A stretch of DNA of 64,000 nt from an uncultured Gammaproteobacteria bacterium (GCA_963773065.1 CAVYZN010000011.1:96001-160000), one strand, 5' to 3'; positions 1 to 10,075 are shown, counted from the stretch's first letter. Numbers and translations: made by a program. The notes: a model not told the origin generated them from the sequence alone.

Positions 1-1
1 C

Positions 2-595
2 CCTGTTGCATCGAAACTCGATTCCGCGCAGACAGACGGGTGCGAGGCGCAGAGTGCGGGCGATACTGCTTTCCCGTTGCGCTTCGACCCCTCCCCGCGC
101 AAGCAACTGCGCAGCCCTGACGTGCGCTTCGCATACGCCACTCTGGTGGAGCACGCGAGCGAAACGGACCTGAGCGCATTCAAGAACAAGATCGTGATTG
201 TCGGGCAAAGCAACGACGCCAACGAGCGGTTTGACATCCAGCAGGGCGCGACGCGCGAAGCAAGGCAGGGTTTCGAATTGCAGGCCGACGCGATTCGCAC
301 GCTGCTCGACGTCAAGTCCGTTCGCGACGTGCTCAGGCCGCTCGATACCCCGTGGCAGGTAGTCCTGATTACCGCGGTTTGTGTGCTGGGAATATTGCTG
401 GCGCTCGTCTCCGGATCGCTGCAATCCGTGTGGCGTGTACTGTTGTTATGTGCCTGCGTCGTCGCGTACGGAGCGCTGGCAAGCCTGGTTTACCGCGAGG
501 CTCGTATCGTTCTGCCATTGTCCTACCCGATCGCGGCCTCGTTACTCACCTTTTTCGCGACGCGCAACGCCTTTACCAAAGGAGTGCGCACATGA
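2..595 (+). CDS. CHASE2 domain membrane protein, C-terminal part (runs off the 5' end of the window)
   Basis: Frame open from position 2. FKNKIVIVG...GFELQADAIRTLL resembles the CHASE2 C-terminus, followed by three hydrophobic helices. Stop overlaps the next ATG (ATGA 592-595). Confidence 0.65.
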   Translation, partial: PVASKLDSAQTDGCEAQSAGDTAFPLRFDPSPRKQLRSPDVRFAYATLVEHASETDLSAFKNKIVIVGQSNDANERFDIQQGATREARQGFELQADAIRTLLDVKSVRDVLRPLDTPWQVVLITAVCVLGILLALVSGSLQSVWRVLLLCACVVAYGALASLVYREARIVLPLSYPIAASLLTFFATRNAFTKGVRT

Positions 596-1476
596 AGAAC
601 GCACCGAAACTCGCCCGACACTCACCGAACCCAGGGAAGGTAGAAAGAGATTCCTGGTTCCCGCTCCGTTTCCGATTGAGCAAGGAAGCGAACGTGTCGC
701 TGCTCACCTGTGTCATGTGCATGGCCACTGTGCTGGCCGCCGGCTGCAGCACCACACTCGACGGCGTGTTCCCCGATGGGCGGCGCCTCGCGGAGGCGCC
801 AGTCGAGTGGGCCGGGGTGACCATCCAGCGGGGCGAAAAGCGAATCGCGTCGGAAAAATACCTGCCATTGGAGAAGGGCGACTTGATTCAGACCGACTCA
901 CGCACCTACGCGCTGATCCGATTCGCTTCCGGCACGGAGGCTTATCTCGCACCGAATTCCCGTGCCCGCATCGGATCGCTGGACGAGTTCTTCGGAGAGG
1001 TGCTGGCCAAGGTGCGCGGTGCGTTCGAGGTCAAGACGCAGTACATCACGGCCGCGGCGAAGGGCACCGTCTTCCTGGTGCGCTCGACCGGCGAGGGTGT
1101 TGCCGAGGTGATCGCGCTGGAAGGGGTGATCAGTCTCTCGTCCACCGCGGGGCGATGGCCATCCATTGATCTGCGGGCGGGCGAAAAGGCCACCGTCGTC
1201 CGGGACCAGGCACCCACGCAGATCAGCGCCTCCAAAGCGGAACTCGAAGAAATCGAACATCGGTACGAGCCGATCGAGAAAGCGGCCCCGATTTCGAAAG
1301 GCACGGCTGTGGGTACCGGCATCGCAATCGGCGCCGTGGTGGGCACTGTCATTTATACTGTGACGAAGGACTCTCATCACGGAGGAAACGGAGGATCAGG
1401 CTCGGGACGGGGCACTGCTGTCCCGTTAAATTCCTCTCCCACTGGGACCACTGACGCTCCTATTGCGGTTCCATAG
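592..1476 (+). CDS. FecR domain-containing protein, probable lipoprotein (true start may be 694-721)
   Basis: GDLIQTD...IRFASGT..LAPNS...FEVKT...AAAKGTVFLV...ALEG.I pattern of FecR domains. LAAGC lipobox-like motif; hydrophobic and Gly-rich tail. Confidence 0.7.
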   Translation: MKNAPKLARHSPNPGKVERDSWFPLRFRLSKEANVSLLTCVMCMATVLAAGCSTTLDGVFPDGRRLAEAPVEWAGVTIQRGEKRIASEKYLPLEKGDLIQTDSRTYALIRFASGTEAYLAPNSRARIGSLDEFFGEVLAKVRGAFEVKTQYITAAAKGTVFLVRSTGEGVAEVIALEGVISLSSTAGRWPSIDLRAGEKATVVRDQAPTQISASKAELEEIEHRYEPIEKAAPISKGTAVGTGIAIGAVVGTVIYTVTKDSHHGGNGGSGSGRGTAVPLNSSPTGTTDAPIAVP

Positions 1477-1579
1477 CAGAAGCACCGTTAATTCCCTCAC
1501 CCACCGCCGGGACCTCGGTGCCCGGTATGGGTAGGGGGCTAGGAGTAGGGCTAGGAGAGGGGATTAAATCCTATTCATC

Positions 1580-3826
1580 GTGATGATTGAGACCCTGCAA
1601 CGCATTACGCAACAGATCAACGACGCGTCCGACCTGGACGAAGTCTTCGCCGTCGTCGTGCGTAGTGTCAAGGCATATCTCGGGTCGGATGCATGTTCCG
1701 TGTATCTCGTCGATGCATCGGGCGAGAACTGCATTCTCGCAGCCACCGACGGTTTGGACCCTCACGCTATCGGCTCCGTCCGCCATGTTCTCCGGGAAGG
1801 GCCGGTGGGATTGGTGGTTCGTCGTCAGCAGCCCGCGGGCTTGCCGGATACCCAACGGCAGCCTGCTTTCCGCCATTTCCCGGAATACGGTGAACAGGTC
1901 TATCAGGCATTTCTCGGCGTGCCCATTATTCACTATCGGAAGGTACTGGGCGTGCTGGCCGTGCAGCAAATAAACGAGCGCGCGTTCGCAGGCCAGGATG
2001 AGGCCTTTCTGATGGCCATCGCGGCGGAACTTGCAGGTTTGGTTCACGCCGCAGTAACTGGCGAGACCGACGTTTTTGCGCGCGGCGGACAGCAGACTCT
2101 AGGTCTCCTTAGAGGCGTCAAGGCAGCACCCGGCGTGGGGTTCGGTCGGGGTGTGCTGCCCTCGCCAGCGGCCGATATCGATTCCGTGTCCGACAGCATC
2201 GTCGAAGACGTCCAGGCTGAGGAAAATGCTTTCAGGCGAGCAGTGGATGCAGTTCGGGCGGAATTGCGCGCCAGCGGGGAACGCATGGCGGCCGAGATAC
2301 CGACCGAGGCGCACGCCATGTTTCGGGTCTATGCCGCGCTGTTGGACGATGACCAGTTGTTCTCGGATACGCTGGCGCGGATCCGCACCGGCATCTGCGC
2401 CCCCGCAGCGCTAGGGAAGAGCATCGCGCAACACGCGAGAACCTTCGAGGAAATGGAGGATCCCTACCTTCGGGCACGCGCGGAGGACATCCGCGGCCTG
2501 GGACGCCGCGTCTTGTTGCGTCTCCGGTCTGGTGAGGGGGAACGTACGCAATACCCGGAGCACTGCGTGCTGGTAGGCGAGGAAATCAGTGTCGCCCGTA
2601 TCGCGGATGTGCCGATCGGGCAACTTGCCGGGATCGTATGCACGCTTGGTTCGCCCTTTTCTCATGCGGCGATCCTGGCACGCACGCTACGCATACCCGC
2701 CGTGGTAGGCGTCGGCAACGTTCCGCTCGGACAGTTGGGAGGCCGCGAGCTCCTCGTGGACGGGCATCAAGGGCGCGTCTTTGTGGAGCCTTCGCCGGCC
2801 GTGCTCGAAGAATTCCAGCGGCTGATCAGACAGGAAGAGCAACGCGCCGCGGAACTGGAAGCACTGCGTGACTTGCCGGCCGAAACACAGGACGGCGTGC
2901 GCGTGGTGCTCCAAGCCAATGCGGGCCTGCTCTCCGATCTCGGCCCTGCCTTGAGCAGCGGCGCTGAGGGAATCGGTCTTTATCGCACCGAGTTCACGTT
3001 CATGGTGTGCGACTCGTTCCCCGGGGAAGACGACCAGTACGAGGTCTATCGCCAGGTGGTGGAATCGTTTGCGCCCAGGCCGGTCACCATACGCACTTTG
3101 GATGTGGGAGGCGACAAAGACCTCCCTTACTTCCCAATCCGCGAAGACAACCCGTTCCTCGGTTGGCGCGGAATCCGGCTGACGCTCGACAACCCGGGAG
3201 TCTTTTTGATCCAACTGCGGGCCATGTTGCGAGCCAACGCGGGTTACGGCAACCTGCGGATCCTTCTGCCCATGATCAGCTCAGCCGCTGAGGTGGATGA
3301 AGTCCACGCCTTGCTCGATCGCGCCGAACGCGAGTTGCAACACGAGGGGCTGGCGGCGGCCAGGCCGAGCGTGGGCGCGATGATCGAGGTGCCATCGAGT
3401 CTCTATCAAATGGACGCACTGGCACAGCGCGTGGACTCCTTCTCGATCGGGACCAACGATCTCACGCAGTACCTGCTCGCTGTCGACCGCAACAATGCCC
3501 GCGTCTCTGCCCATTACGACAGTCTGCATCCGGCCGTAATCCGGGCGCTTGAGCATGCTATTCGTCAAGCACACCATGCCGGCAAGCCGATTGGCGTCTG
3601 TGGCGACATGGCCGGCGATCCCGCCTCGGCGATTCTGCTATTGGGTCTGGGAGTCGATTCCCTGAGCATGGCGTCGCCCAGTATCCCGCGCGTCAAGCGG
3701 GCACTTCGCGGCTTCACCCGGCAACGGGCCCAGGAGTTGGTGACGAAGGCAATCGCGTTGGAAGACCCGCAACAAATCCATCTATTGCTCGATACCGCCA
3801 TCGAGGAGGCCGGTCTGGGGACTTAG
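1580..3826 (+). CDS. ptsP: Phosphoenolpyruvate-protein phosphotransferase EI-Ntr (GAF + PEP-utilising domains)
   Basis: 748 aa with N-terminal GAF. SHAAILAR phospho-His motif, GIGLYRTEF, RTLDVGGDK, EDNPFLGWRGIR, SIGTNDLTQY. Confidence 0.95.
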   Translation: MMIETLQRITQQINDASDLDEVFAVVVRSVKAYLGSDACSVYLVDASGENCILAATDGLDPHAIGSVRHVLREGPVGLVVRRQQPAGLPDTQRQPAFRHFPEYGEQVYQAFLGVPIIHYRKVLGVLAVQQINERAFAGQDEAFLMAIAAELAGLVHAAVTGETDVFARGGQQTLGLLRGVKAAPGVGFGRGVLPSPAADIDSVSDSIVEDVQAEENAFRRAVDAVRAELRASGERMAAEIPTEAHAMFRVYAALLDDDQLFSDTLARIRTGICAPAALGKSIAQHARTFEEMEDPYLRARAEDIRGLGRRVLLRLRSGEGERTQYPEHCVLVGEEISVARIADVPIGQLAGIVCTLGSPFSHAAILARTLRIPAVVGVGNVPLGQLGGRELLVDGHQGRVFVEPSPAVLEEFQRLIRQEEQRAAELEALRDLPAETQDGVRVVLQANAGLLSDLGPALSSGAEGIGLYRTEFTFMVCDSFPGEDDQYEVYRQVVESFAPRPVTIRTLDVGGDKDLPYFPIREDNPFLGWRGIRLTLDNPGVFLIQLRAMLRANAGYGNLRILLPMISSAAEVDEVHALLDRAERELQHEGLAAARPSVGAMIEVPSSLYQMDALAQRVDSFSIGTNDLTQYLLAVDRNNARVSAHYDSLHPAVIRALEHAIRQAHHAGKPIGVCGDMAGDPASAILLLGLGVDSLSMASPSIPRVKRALRGFTRQRAQELVTKAIALEDPQQIHLLLDTAIEEAGLGT

Positions 3827-4145
3827 TTCAAGATAGGGCCACCGGGAAAATAGCGTCACCGGAGCGTTGCGTTGGGCGCGAGCACGCCATGAAAGCGGAT
3901 CCGATGCAACCGCGGACGGGAGACGTTTGCTTAACGTGCTGACTGCAGAACCTGGGCGAGGGCGCGTACCAGCTCAACTGGGCCACGAGGAAGGCCTTCG
4001 CCGGCACCTGCCGCCGGCTGCGGCTCGATCTGGGCGAGCAGTATCCGAACGGCACGCGCTTCTACCGCAGCGCCGATTTCCGCTTCACCAAATAGACGGG
4101 CACCGCGCCCGCGCCGGGAATTGCGGGGCCAGTTTCGTAGCCCGC

Positions 4146-4229
4146 GTAGGGCGCAATAAGGTGCAGCCGCATTGCGCCGCATGTTGCGTGTTGCATCCGG
4201 TGCAATGCGCTTCGCTTATTGCACCCTAA
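4146..4229. repeat. GTAG-type REP doublet (palindromic)
   Basis: gtagggcgcaataag ... cttattgcaccctaa inverted pair between convergent genes; a further hairpin lies near 4272-4303. Confidence 0.6.
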
Positions 4230-4386
4230 GCGCTTTCATTAAGAGATGCGTTGTGTTGCTTCGCAACGCCTGGTGGGTTACGCAAAAAACGCTAACCCAC
4301 CCTACATTTCTATTTACGAATCACGATGCTGTGTAGCAACCTACGCGGCTGGCATTCCTGGCGGCGTTATGGGGGAGAAACCGGAG

Positions 4387-5187
4387 CTAACCGTAGCGTC
4401 CCTCGATGTAGTCGGCGGTCTCCCGGTTGCGGGGCGTGACGAACATGGTTTCGGTGGCGACGTGCTCCACGACCTTGCCCATCAGCATGAAAATGCATTC
4501 CTCGCTGGCGCGGCGGGCCTGGGCCATGTTATGGGTCACGATGAGGATGGTGTATGTACCGCGCAGGTCCCAGATCAGTTCCTCGACGGCCTCGGTGCCT
4601 TTGGGATCGAGCGCGGAACAGGGCTCGTCCATCAGCAGCACGCCGGGTTTGACCGGCAGCAGGCGCGCGATGCAGAGTTTCTGCTGCGCCTCGAGGGAGA
4701 GATCGGTGGCCTTGATGTGCAGCCGGTCCTTGACTTCGTCCCACAACAGCACCTGCCTGAGCGCATCCTCGACGATTCCATCCTGCTCCGTGCGCGAGGC
4801 GCGTTTGCCCTGCGCATGCAGCCGGTAGCCGAACAGGACGTTCTCGCGTATGGAGACCGGCAGGGGATTGGGCCGCTGGAAGACCATGCCCACCTGCTTG
4901 CGCACCTGCACGAGCTCCACGGCGGGGCCGTAAACATTGTGGTCATGAACCCTGATCGTGCCCTCGATGCGCACGTAACCGAGTCGCTCGTTGATGCGGT
5001 TGATGCTGCGCAGCAACGTGGATTTGCCGCAGCCCGAGGGGCCGATGAGGGAGGTGATGAGGCCATTGCGGATATTCAGGTCCACGTCGAACAGGGCCTG
5101 GAACGTGCCATACCAGAGATTCAGCTTCTCCGTTTGGATGGCGTAGCGCACGTATTTGTCGTAGGCCGCCTGGCGGGTTGAATTCAT
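4387..5187 (-). CDS. pstB: Phosphate ABC transporter ATP-binding protein (copy 1)
   Basis: GPSGCGKS Walker A, MVFQRPNP, LLMDEPCSALDP, IVTHNMAQARR, C-terminal YIEGRYG. ABC signature is degenerate (LSLEAQQ). Confidence 0.93.
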   Translation of the reverse strand: MNSTRQAAYDKYVRYAIQTEKLNLWYGTFQALFDVDLNIRNGLITSLIGPSGCGKSTLLRSINRINERLGYVRIEGTIRVHDHNVYGPAVELVQVRKQVGMVFQRPNPLPVSIRENVLFGYRLHAQGKRASRTEQDGIVEDALRQVLLWDEVKDRLHIKATDLSLEAQQKLCIARLLPVKPGVLLMDEPCSALDPKGTEAVEELIWDLRGTYTILIVTHNMAQARRASEECIFMLMGKVVEHVATETMFVTPRNRETADYIEGRYG

Positions 5188-5233
5188 GACTATTGGTTTC
5201 CAATACGGTATCGGGAAGCGGTGCGCGCACCGC

Positions 5234-6043
5234 TCAGCCGAACCGCCCCTCGACGTAATCGCGGGTGCGGGGGTCCTTAACCTCTCCGGAGAACAGCGCC
5301 TCGGTCTCGCCGATCTCTACGCACGCGCCGTCGAGAAAGAACGCGGTACGCTGGGCGAGACGCCGCGCCTGCTGCACCAGGTTGGTGACCAGGATGATGG
5401 TCATCTCCCGCTTGAGTTCCTTGAGGACATCCTCGATGCGCATGGTGGTGACCGGGTCCACCGCGATGGAAAACTCATCGAGCATCAGGACCTCGGGATC
5501 CTGCGACAGGGCGCGGGCGATCGTCAGGCGCTGCTGCTGGCCGCCGGAAAGCAGGCTGCCCAGTGAGTTCAGGCGGTCCTTGACTTCATCCCAGAGCGCC
5601 GCGCGCGCCAGGCAGCGTTCGACGATGATGTCGAGATCGGTTCGGTTCCTGATGCCGGCCAGACGCGGTGCCAGCGCCACGTTGTCATACACCGTCATGG
5701 GCAAGCCGACCGGCAGAGGGAACACCACGCCGATGCGCGAGCGCAGCGCATAGACATTCTTGAGGCGGCGGATATCGCGGCCGTTGAACAGGATTTCACC
5801 GTCCACATGCATGCCCGGGGTGAACATGTCCATGCGGTTCAGCGCCTTCAGGAACGAGCTCTTGCCGGCATTGGCCGGTCCGATGATGCCGAAGATCTCA
5901 TGCTCGCGGATCTGCAGACTGACCTTGTCGAGGACGGTGGTATGGCCGTAACGGATGCCGAGGTTGCGCACCTCCAGTTTGACCGGGGGCTGCGCCGCGG
6001 CCGTGGCTCCCGCAGCCGTTGCGAACGGTTTCGCGGCTACCAT
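5234..6043 (-). CDS. pstB: Phosphate ABC transporter ATP-binding protein (copy 2)
   Basis: Start MVAAK at 6043 overlaps the pstA stop. GPANAGKS, LSGGQQQRL, LDEFSIAVDP, YVEGRFG. Confidence 0.9.
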   Translation of the reverse strand: MVAAKPFATAAGATAAAQPPVKLEVRNLGIRYGHTTVLDKVSLQIREHEIFGIIGPANAGKSSFLKALNRMDMFTPGMHVDGEILFNGRDIRRLKNVYALRSRIGVVFPLPVGLPMTVYDNVALAPRLAGIRNRTDLDIIVERCLARAALWDEVKDRLNSLGSLLSGGQQQRLTIARALSQDPEVLMLDEFSIAVDPVTTMRIEDVLKELKREMTIILVTNLVQQARRLAQRTAFFLDGACVEIGETEALFSGEVKDPRTRDYVEGRFG

Positions 6044-6906
6044 CTCTTCTTCCCCCGCAGGTACACGCGGAAGGCGATGGAGAGACTGTTCATCAGCAGG
6101 ACCAGGGCGATCAGCACCAGCGCCACGCCGTAGGGGAGGTCCTCCGGAACGTCGGTCACCTGGGTCGAGACCACGAACAGGTGCAGGGACAGGGCCATGG
6201 TCTGGTCGAAGATCCCCTGGGGCAGAAACGGGGTGAAGAACACCGCGCCGGTAAACATGATGGGCGCGGTCTCGCCGGCGGTGCGCGAGACCTCGAGGAT
6301 GACGCCGGTGAGGATGCCGGACACCGCGTTGGGCAGGACCACCCGGCGGATGGTCTGCCAGCGCGTGGCGCCCATATTCCAGCACGCCTCGCGAAACGCC
6401 AGGGGAACAGCCTGCAGGGATTCGCGCGTCGCCACGATCACCACCGGCAGGGTCATGATGGCCAGCGTGAGGCTGGCGGCGAGAATGCTGGTGCCAAACC
6501 TGAAGAACAGCACGAAGGCGCCCACGCCGAACAGCGCGTGCACGATGGACGGTACGCCCGCCAGGTTGATGACGGCGAGGTTGATGACTCGGGTGAACCA
6601 GTTGTCGGCGGCGTACTCGCTGAGGTAGATGGCCGCCGCCACCCCCAGCGGGACCGAGATCAACAGCGCCACCGTCACCAGCCAGATGGTGCCGAGCAGG
6701 GCGGGGAAGATGCCGCCCGCGGTCATGCCGTGGGTCGGATTGGTGAACAGGAAATCGATGGAGATGACCGAACCGCCCTTGGCGATCAGCGTCGTCAGGA
6801 TCAGCAGCACCGGCGCAATCAGCAGGGCGGTCATCAGCAGAAACAGGATCCCGAACAGCCGCTGGATGCGCTGGTTGCGTCGATTGAGTTCGGTGGCCTC
6901 GAACAT
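6037..6906 (-). CDS. pstA: Phosphate ABC transporter permease PstA
   Basis: Start MFEATEL; LAGVPSIV, LPVVIVATRESL, SRTAGETAP motifs. Confidence 0.95.
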   Translation of the reverse strand: MFEATELNRRNQRIQRLFGILFLLMTALLIAPVLLILTTLIAKGGSVISIDFLFTNPTHGMTAGGIFPALLGTIWLVTVALLISVPLGVAAAIYLSEYAADNWFTRVINLAVINLAGVPSIVHALFGVGAFVLFFRFGTSILAASLTLAIMTLPVVIVATRESLQAVPLAFREACWNMGATRWQTIRRVVLPNAVSGILTGVILEVSRTAGETAPIMFTGAVFFTPFLPQGIFDQTMALSLHLFVVSTQVTDVPEDLPYGVALVLIALVLLMNSLSIAFRVYLRGKKRW

Positions 6907-6911
6907 GGCGA

Positions 6912-7844
6912 TCAGCCCCTGCGTACTCCGCGCACGATCAGATCGGCGGTGAGATTGATGACGAAGGTGATCAGGAACAGGAAGATGCCGATGGTGAACA
7001 GGGCCTGGTAGTGATCGGAACCGACGGCGGCCTCGCCCAGTTCCGCCGCGATCGTCGCCGTCAGCGCGCGCACCGAGTCGAAGATGCTGTGCGGGATATT
7101 GATCGAGTGGCCGGTCGCCATCAGCACCGCCATGGTCTCCCCGAAGCCCCGGCCGACGCCGAGCAGCACCGCGCCGAGCAGGCCGTTCCTGGCCGCCGGC
7201 AGCACGGTCTTGTAGATGACCTGCCAGTGCGTGGCGCCCAGGGCCTCGGCCGCCTCCCGGTAGCGGTCGGGGACCGCCTTGAGCGCGTCCTCGGCGATAG
7301 AGGTCATGATGGGCGCGGCCATCAGCCCGAGGATGATGCCGGCGTTCAGGACATTCAGCCCTACCGGGACGTTGAACAACGCGATGATCAGCGGATTCAT
7401 GATGGTGAGTCCGATGAAACCCCAAACCACGGAAGGGATCGCGGCCAGCAGTTCCACCAGTACCTTGAGCGCCTCGCGCGTCTTGCCGCTGGCGAATTCC
7501 GCGATGAAAATCGCCGCCCCGAGTGAAAACGGAATGGCGACCAGCATGGCCAGGCCGGTCACGCTGGCCGTGCCGGCGATCAGCGCCAGGATGCCGTATT
7601 CCGGGTCATCCGCGTCGGCGGGATACCAGTAGGGCGAGGTGAAGAATTCCCTGAAATCGAACCGGCCGAGGATAAAGCCCAGCCCTTCCTTGGTGATGAA
7701 GACGAAAATGCCGATGATGAAAACGATGACCGAGATGCCGCCGATGAAGACCAGCACCTGGGCCAGCTTGTCGATGTACCAGTCGGCGTTGCGCCGGTCG
7801 AATTCCCCCGCGCGGCGAGTCCGTACCGGCTGGCGACCGGCCAT
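6912..7844 (-). CDS. pstC: Phosphate ABC transporter permease PstC
   Basis: ELLAAIPSVVWG, EDALKAVP, GRGFGETMAV. Confidence 0.95.
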   Translation of the reverse strand: MAGRQPVRTRRAGEFDRRNADWYIDKLAQVLVFIGGISVIVFIIGIFVFITKEGLGFILGRFDFREFFTSPYWYPADADDPEYGILALIAGTASVTGLAMLVAIPFSLGAAIFIAEFASGKTREALKVLVELLAAIPSVVWGFIGLTIMNPLIIALFNVPVGLNVLNAGIILGLMAAPIMTSIAEDALKAVPDRYREAAEALGATHWQVIYKTVLPAARNGLLGAVLLGVGRGFGETMAVLMATGHSINIPHSIFDSVRALTATIAAELGEAAVGSDHYQALFTIGIFLFLITFVINLTADLIVRGVRRG

Positions 7845-7845
7845 A

Positions 7846-8931
7846 TCAGGGCGCCCCCTCGCCGCGCAGGGTTTCCATCAGATCGCGAATCCGGGCCCCC
7901 AGATCACGATAGATGTCTTCCAGCCATTTCTCGATTTCGCCGGCCTCGCCGCTCTCGGGCAGCGGGGCGATATCCCACTCGAGCGGCGTGGTGTGGAAGG
8001 GGACCTGTACAAAATAGGATCTTACCGGCCCCTGCAGGCTGACGATGATGTGCTGGATGGTGAGTTCCAGCGGAGTCATGTCGATGGGCTGGGGTTTGCC
8101 GGCGTCGATGCTGATGCCGTGTTTGTCCAGAAAGGCCGTCATGACCGGGTTCAGGGCGCGGACGGGCCGGCGTCCCGCGCTCGTGTAGTTGCCGCTGCCG
8201 GGAAAATACTTGTGCGCCATGGCCTGCGCCATCTGGCTCTGGCAACTGTTGTCCTCATCCACGAACAGGATGTTGTAGATCTTGGGCGCCTTCATCTCGC
8301 CGGTGGCCGCGAACACGGTTTCCTCGCAGATGTTCTTGGCCTGGTCCGCGACCCGTTTCAACTGGCTGAAGATCGCGAATACCGCCAGGATGTTCTTCAC
8401 GGCCTCGCGCTCGTCTTTGGCCATCAGTTCGGCGTAGACGATATCCAGGTCATTCTCCATTTGTTCTTCCATGATCATGGTGCTTCTGGCCATTTCCGCG
8501 TTGAGTTCGTTGAAGGCCCTGATGGACTGATGCAGCATGAGCTGTGTCTCGCCGCCCACGCGCTCCAGTTCATGCGCCATCGAACCCTCGGGCGGATCCG
8601 GCAGTTGCAGGGCTTCACGGGCGATGGTGACGGCGTAATCGCCGATGCGCTCCAGTTCGATATTGGCCCGGATGACCGAGGAGAGCAGCCGCAGATGGCC
8701 GGCGCTAGGCAGATGCAAGGCGATGAAGCCATGACACAGCTTGTCGATCTCGCGCATGGTCCGGTTGATCTGGTGATCGGCGAGTACGGTCGCGGCCGCG
8801 AGCGTGTTATCGCCGGTTTGCAGGGCGCGCATGGCGTTTTTGACAGCCGTTTCCACATGACCGGCCATGTCCGCCACGTGCTTGCGGATCCGTGTCAGGT
8901 CTCTTTCCAGGCGTTCTTCATAGTGGCTCAT
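7846..8931 (-). CDS. phoU: PhoU fused to a C-terminal ArsC/LMW-PTP-like domain with degenerate active site
   Basis: PhoU repeats (ELERIGDYA, LKRVADQAKNICE), then ILFVDEDNSCQSQMAQA...SAG..P...NP, versus the canonical ILFxCxxNSCRSQMAE. Confidence 0.88.
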   Translation of the reverse strand: MSHYEERLERDLTRIRKHVADMAGHVETAVKNAMRALQTGDNTLAAATVLADHQINRTMREIDKLCHGFIALHLPSAGHLRLLSSVIRANIELERIGDYAVTIAREALQLPDPPEGSMAHELERVGGETQLMLHQSIRAFNELNAEMARSTMIMEEQMENDLDIVYAELMAKDEREAVKNILAVFAIFSQLKRVADQAKNICEETVFAATGEMKAPKIYNILFVDEDNSCQSQMAQAMAHKYFPGSGNYTSAGRRPVRALNPVMTAFLDKHGISIDAGKPQPIDMTPLELTIQHIIVSLQGPVRSYFVQVPFHTTPLEWDIAPLPESGEAGEIEKWLEDIYRDLGARIRDLMETLRGEGAP

Positions 8932-9104
8932 GATCTGGCATCCCGCGGTTGCGTGCTGAATGGTGGATGTGGCTTGCGCCGCCCTGACGGAGCATTCCCG
9001 CTCTGCCGGGTCCCGGCACCGGCCGCGCTGTCGTTGCCAGCATGCACATGCTTTTCCAGCCGGAACGAATGTACCCTCTCGTTGCAATCATCCGGTGACG
9101 CTCC

Positions 9105-9180
9105 GTAGGTTGGCGCTGAGCGCAGCGAAGCCCAACGCACACCGGTCCGGTGTTGGGCTTCGTGCCTCAGCCCAACCTAC
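9105..9180. repeat. GTAG-type REP doublet between pstS and phoU
   Basis: gtaggttggcgctgag..gaagcccaac / gttgggcttc..ctcagcccaacctac inverted pair. Confidence 0.7.
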
Positions 9181-9199
9181 ATTGAGGCAATGATTGGTG

Positions 9200-10075
9200 T
9201 TATTCACACGTGACGTTGCGTACCGGGGCATAACCCTTCTTGAGCAGTATGCACTGGCCGGCATCGCTCAGGATCCAGTCGAGGTATTTCTTGATCTCGC
9301 CCCGTGGTTCGCCGTTGGTGTACATGAACAGCGGCCGGGCGATGGGGTAGCTGTGATCGAGGGCGGTGGGGACGCTGGGTACGACACAGGGACCGCCGGT
9401 CTGCGCGGCGATGCAGACCTTCTTGACGTGCTCCGTGGCATAGGCCAAACCGCTGTAGCCGATGGCGCAGGCGGTCTTCTCCACCAGGTCCACGACTTCC
9501 TTGGAGCCGTGCATGTCCAGGGTGCCGGTGCGGTACTTGCCCTTCTCGCCGAGCACGGTTTCCTTGAAGTAGGCATAGGTGCCGGAGTTGTTCTGGCGGC
9601 TGGCCACGACGATCTTATCGCTGTCGCAGCCGGGCACCTTCACGCCCAGGTCAGACCACTTGGTGTACTTGGGATCGCGGCCGTAGATATTGCGCAACTG
9701 TTCGATGGACAGAGAGCTGATTGGGTTGCTGTTGCTGAGGAACACGGCCAGCGCATCGAAGCCGACCAGATGCTCGACCGGGTGCTGTCCGTTGGCCTCG
9801 GCTTCCTTGATTTCCTTGTCCTCCATCCGGCGGCTGGCGTTGGCGATATCCACCGTGCCGTTGATCATGGCCGCGATGCCGGTGCCGGAACCGCCGCCGG
9901 AGACGGCGACGGCCACCTCGGGGTTGACCTCGGGATAGGCCTCCGCCCAGGCCTGGGCGACGTTCACCAGGGTGTCGGAGCCCTTGTTCTGGATCAGGGT
10001 GCGCGCCTGGACGGTCAGGGCGGCAGTCAGGCCGGCCGCCAGTAACGATGTTGCAATAATCAAGTTCGCTTTCAT
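9200..10075 (-). CDS. pstS: Phosphate ABC transporter substrate-binding protein
   Basis: Signal peptide MKANLII..., KGSDT, GGGSGTGIAA, IANASR, SRQNNSGT, YPIARPLFMY. Confidence 0.95.
   Translation of the reverse strand: MKANLIIATSLLAAGLTAALTVQARTLIQNKGSDTLVNVAQAWAEAYPEVNPEVAVAVSGGGSGTGIAAMINGTVDIANASRRMEDKEIKEAEANGQHPVEHLVGFDALAVFLSNSNPISSLSIEQLRNIYGRDPKYTKWSDLGVKVPGCDSDKIVVASRQNNSGTYAYFKETVLGEKGKYRTGTLDMHGSKEVVDLVEKTACAIGYSGLAYATEHVKKVCIAAQTGGPCVVPSVPTALDHSYPIARPLFMYTNGEPRGEIKKYLDWILSDAGQCILLKKGYAPVRNVTCE

Noticed and set aside
7639-9108. Long antisense ORFs (e.g. 7639..9108 +, 36178..37467 +, 46947..48530 -, 58040..59485 -)
   Set aside because: Shadow ORFs opposite well-supported genes in high-GC DNA.
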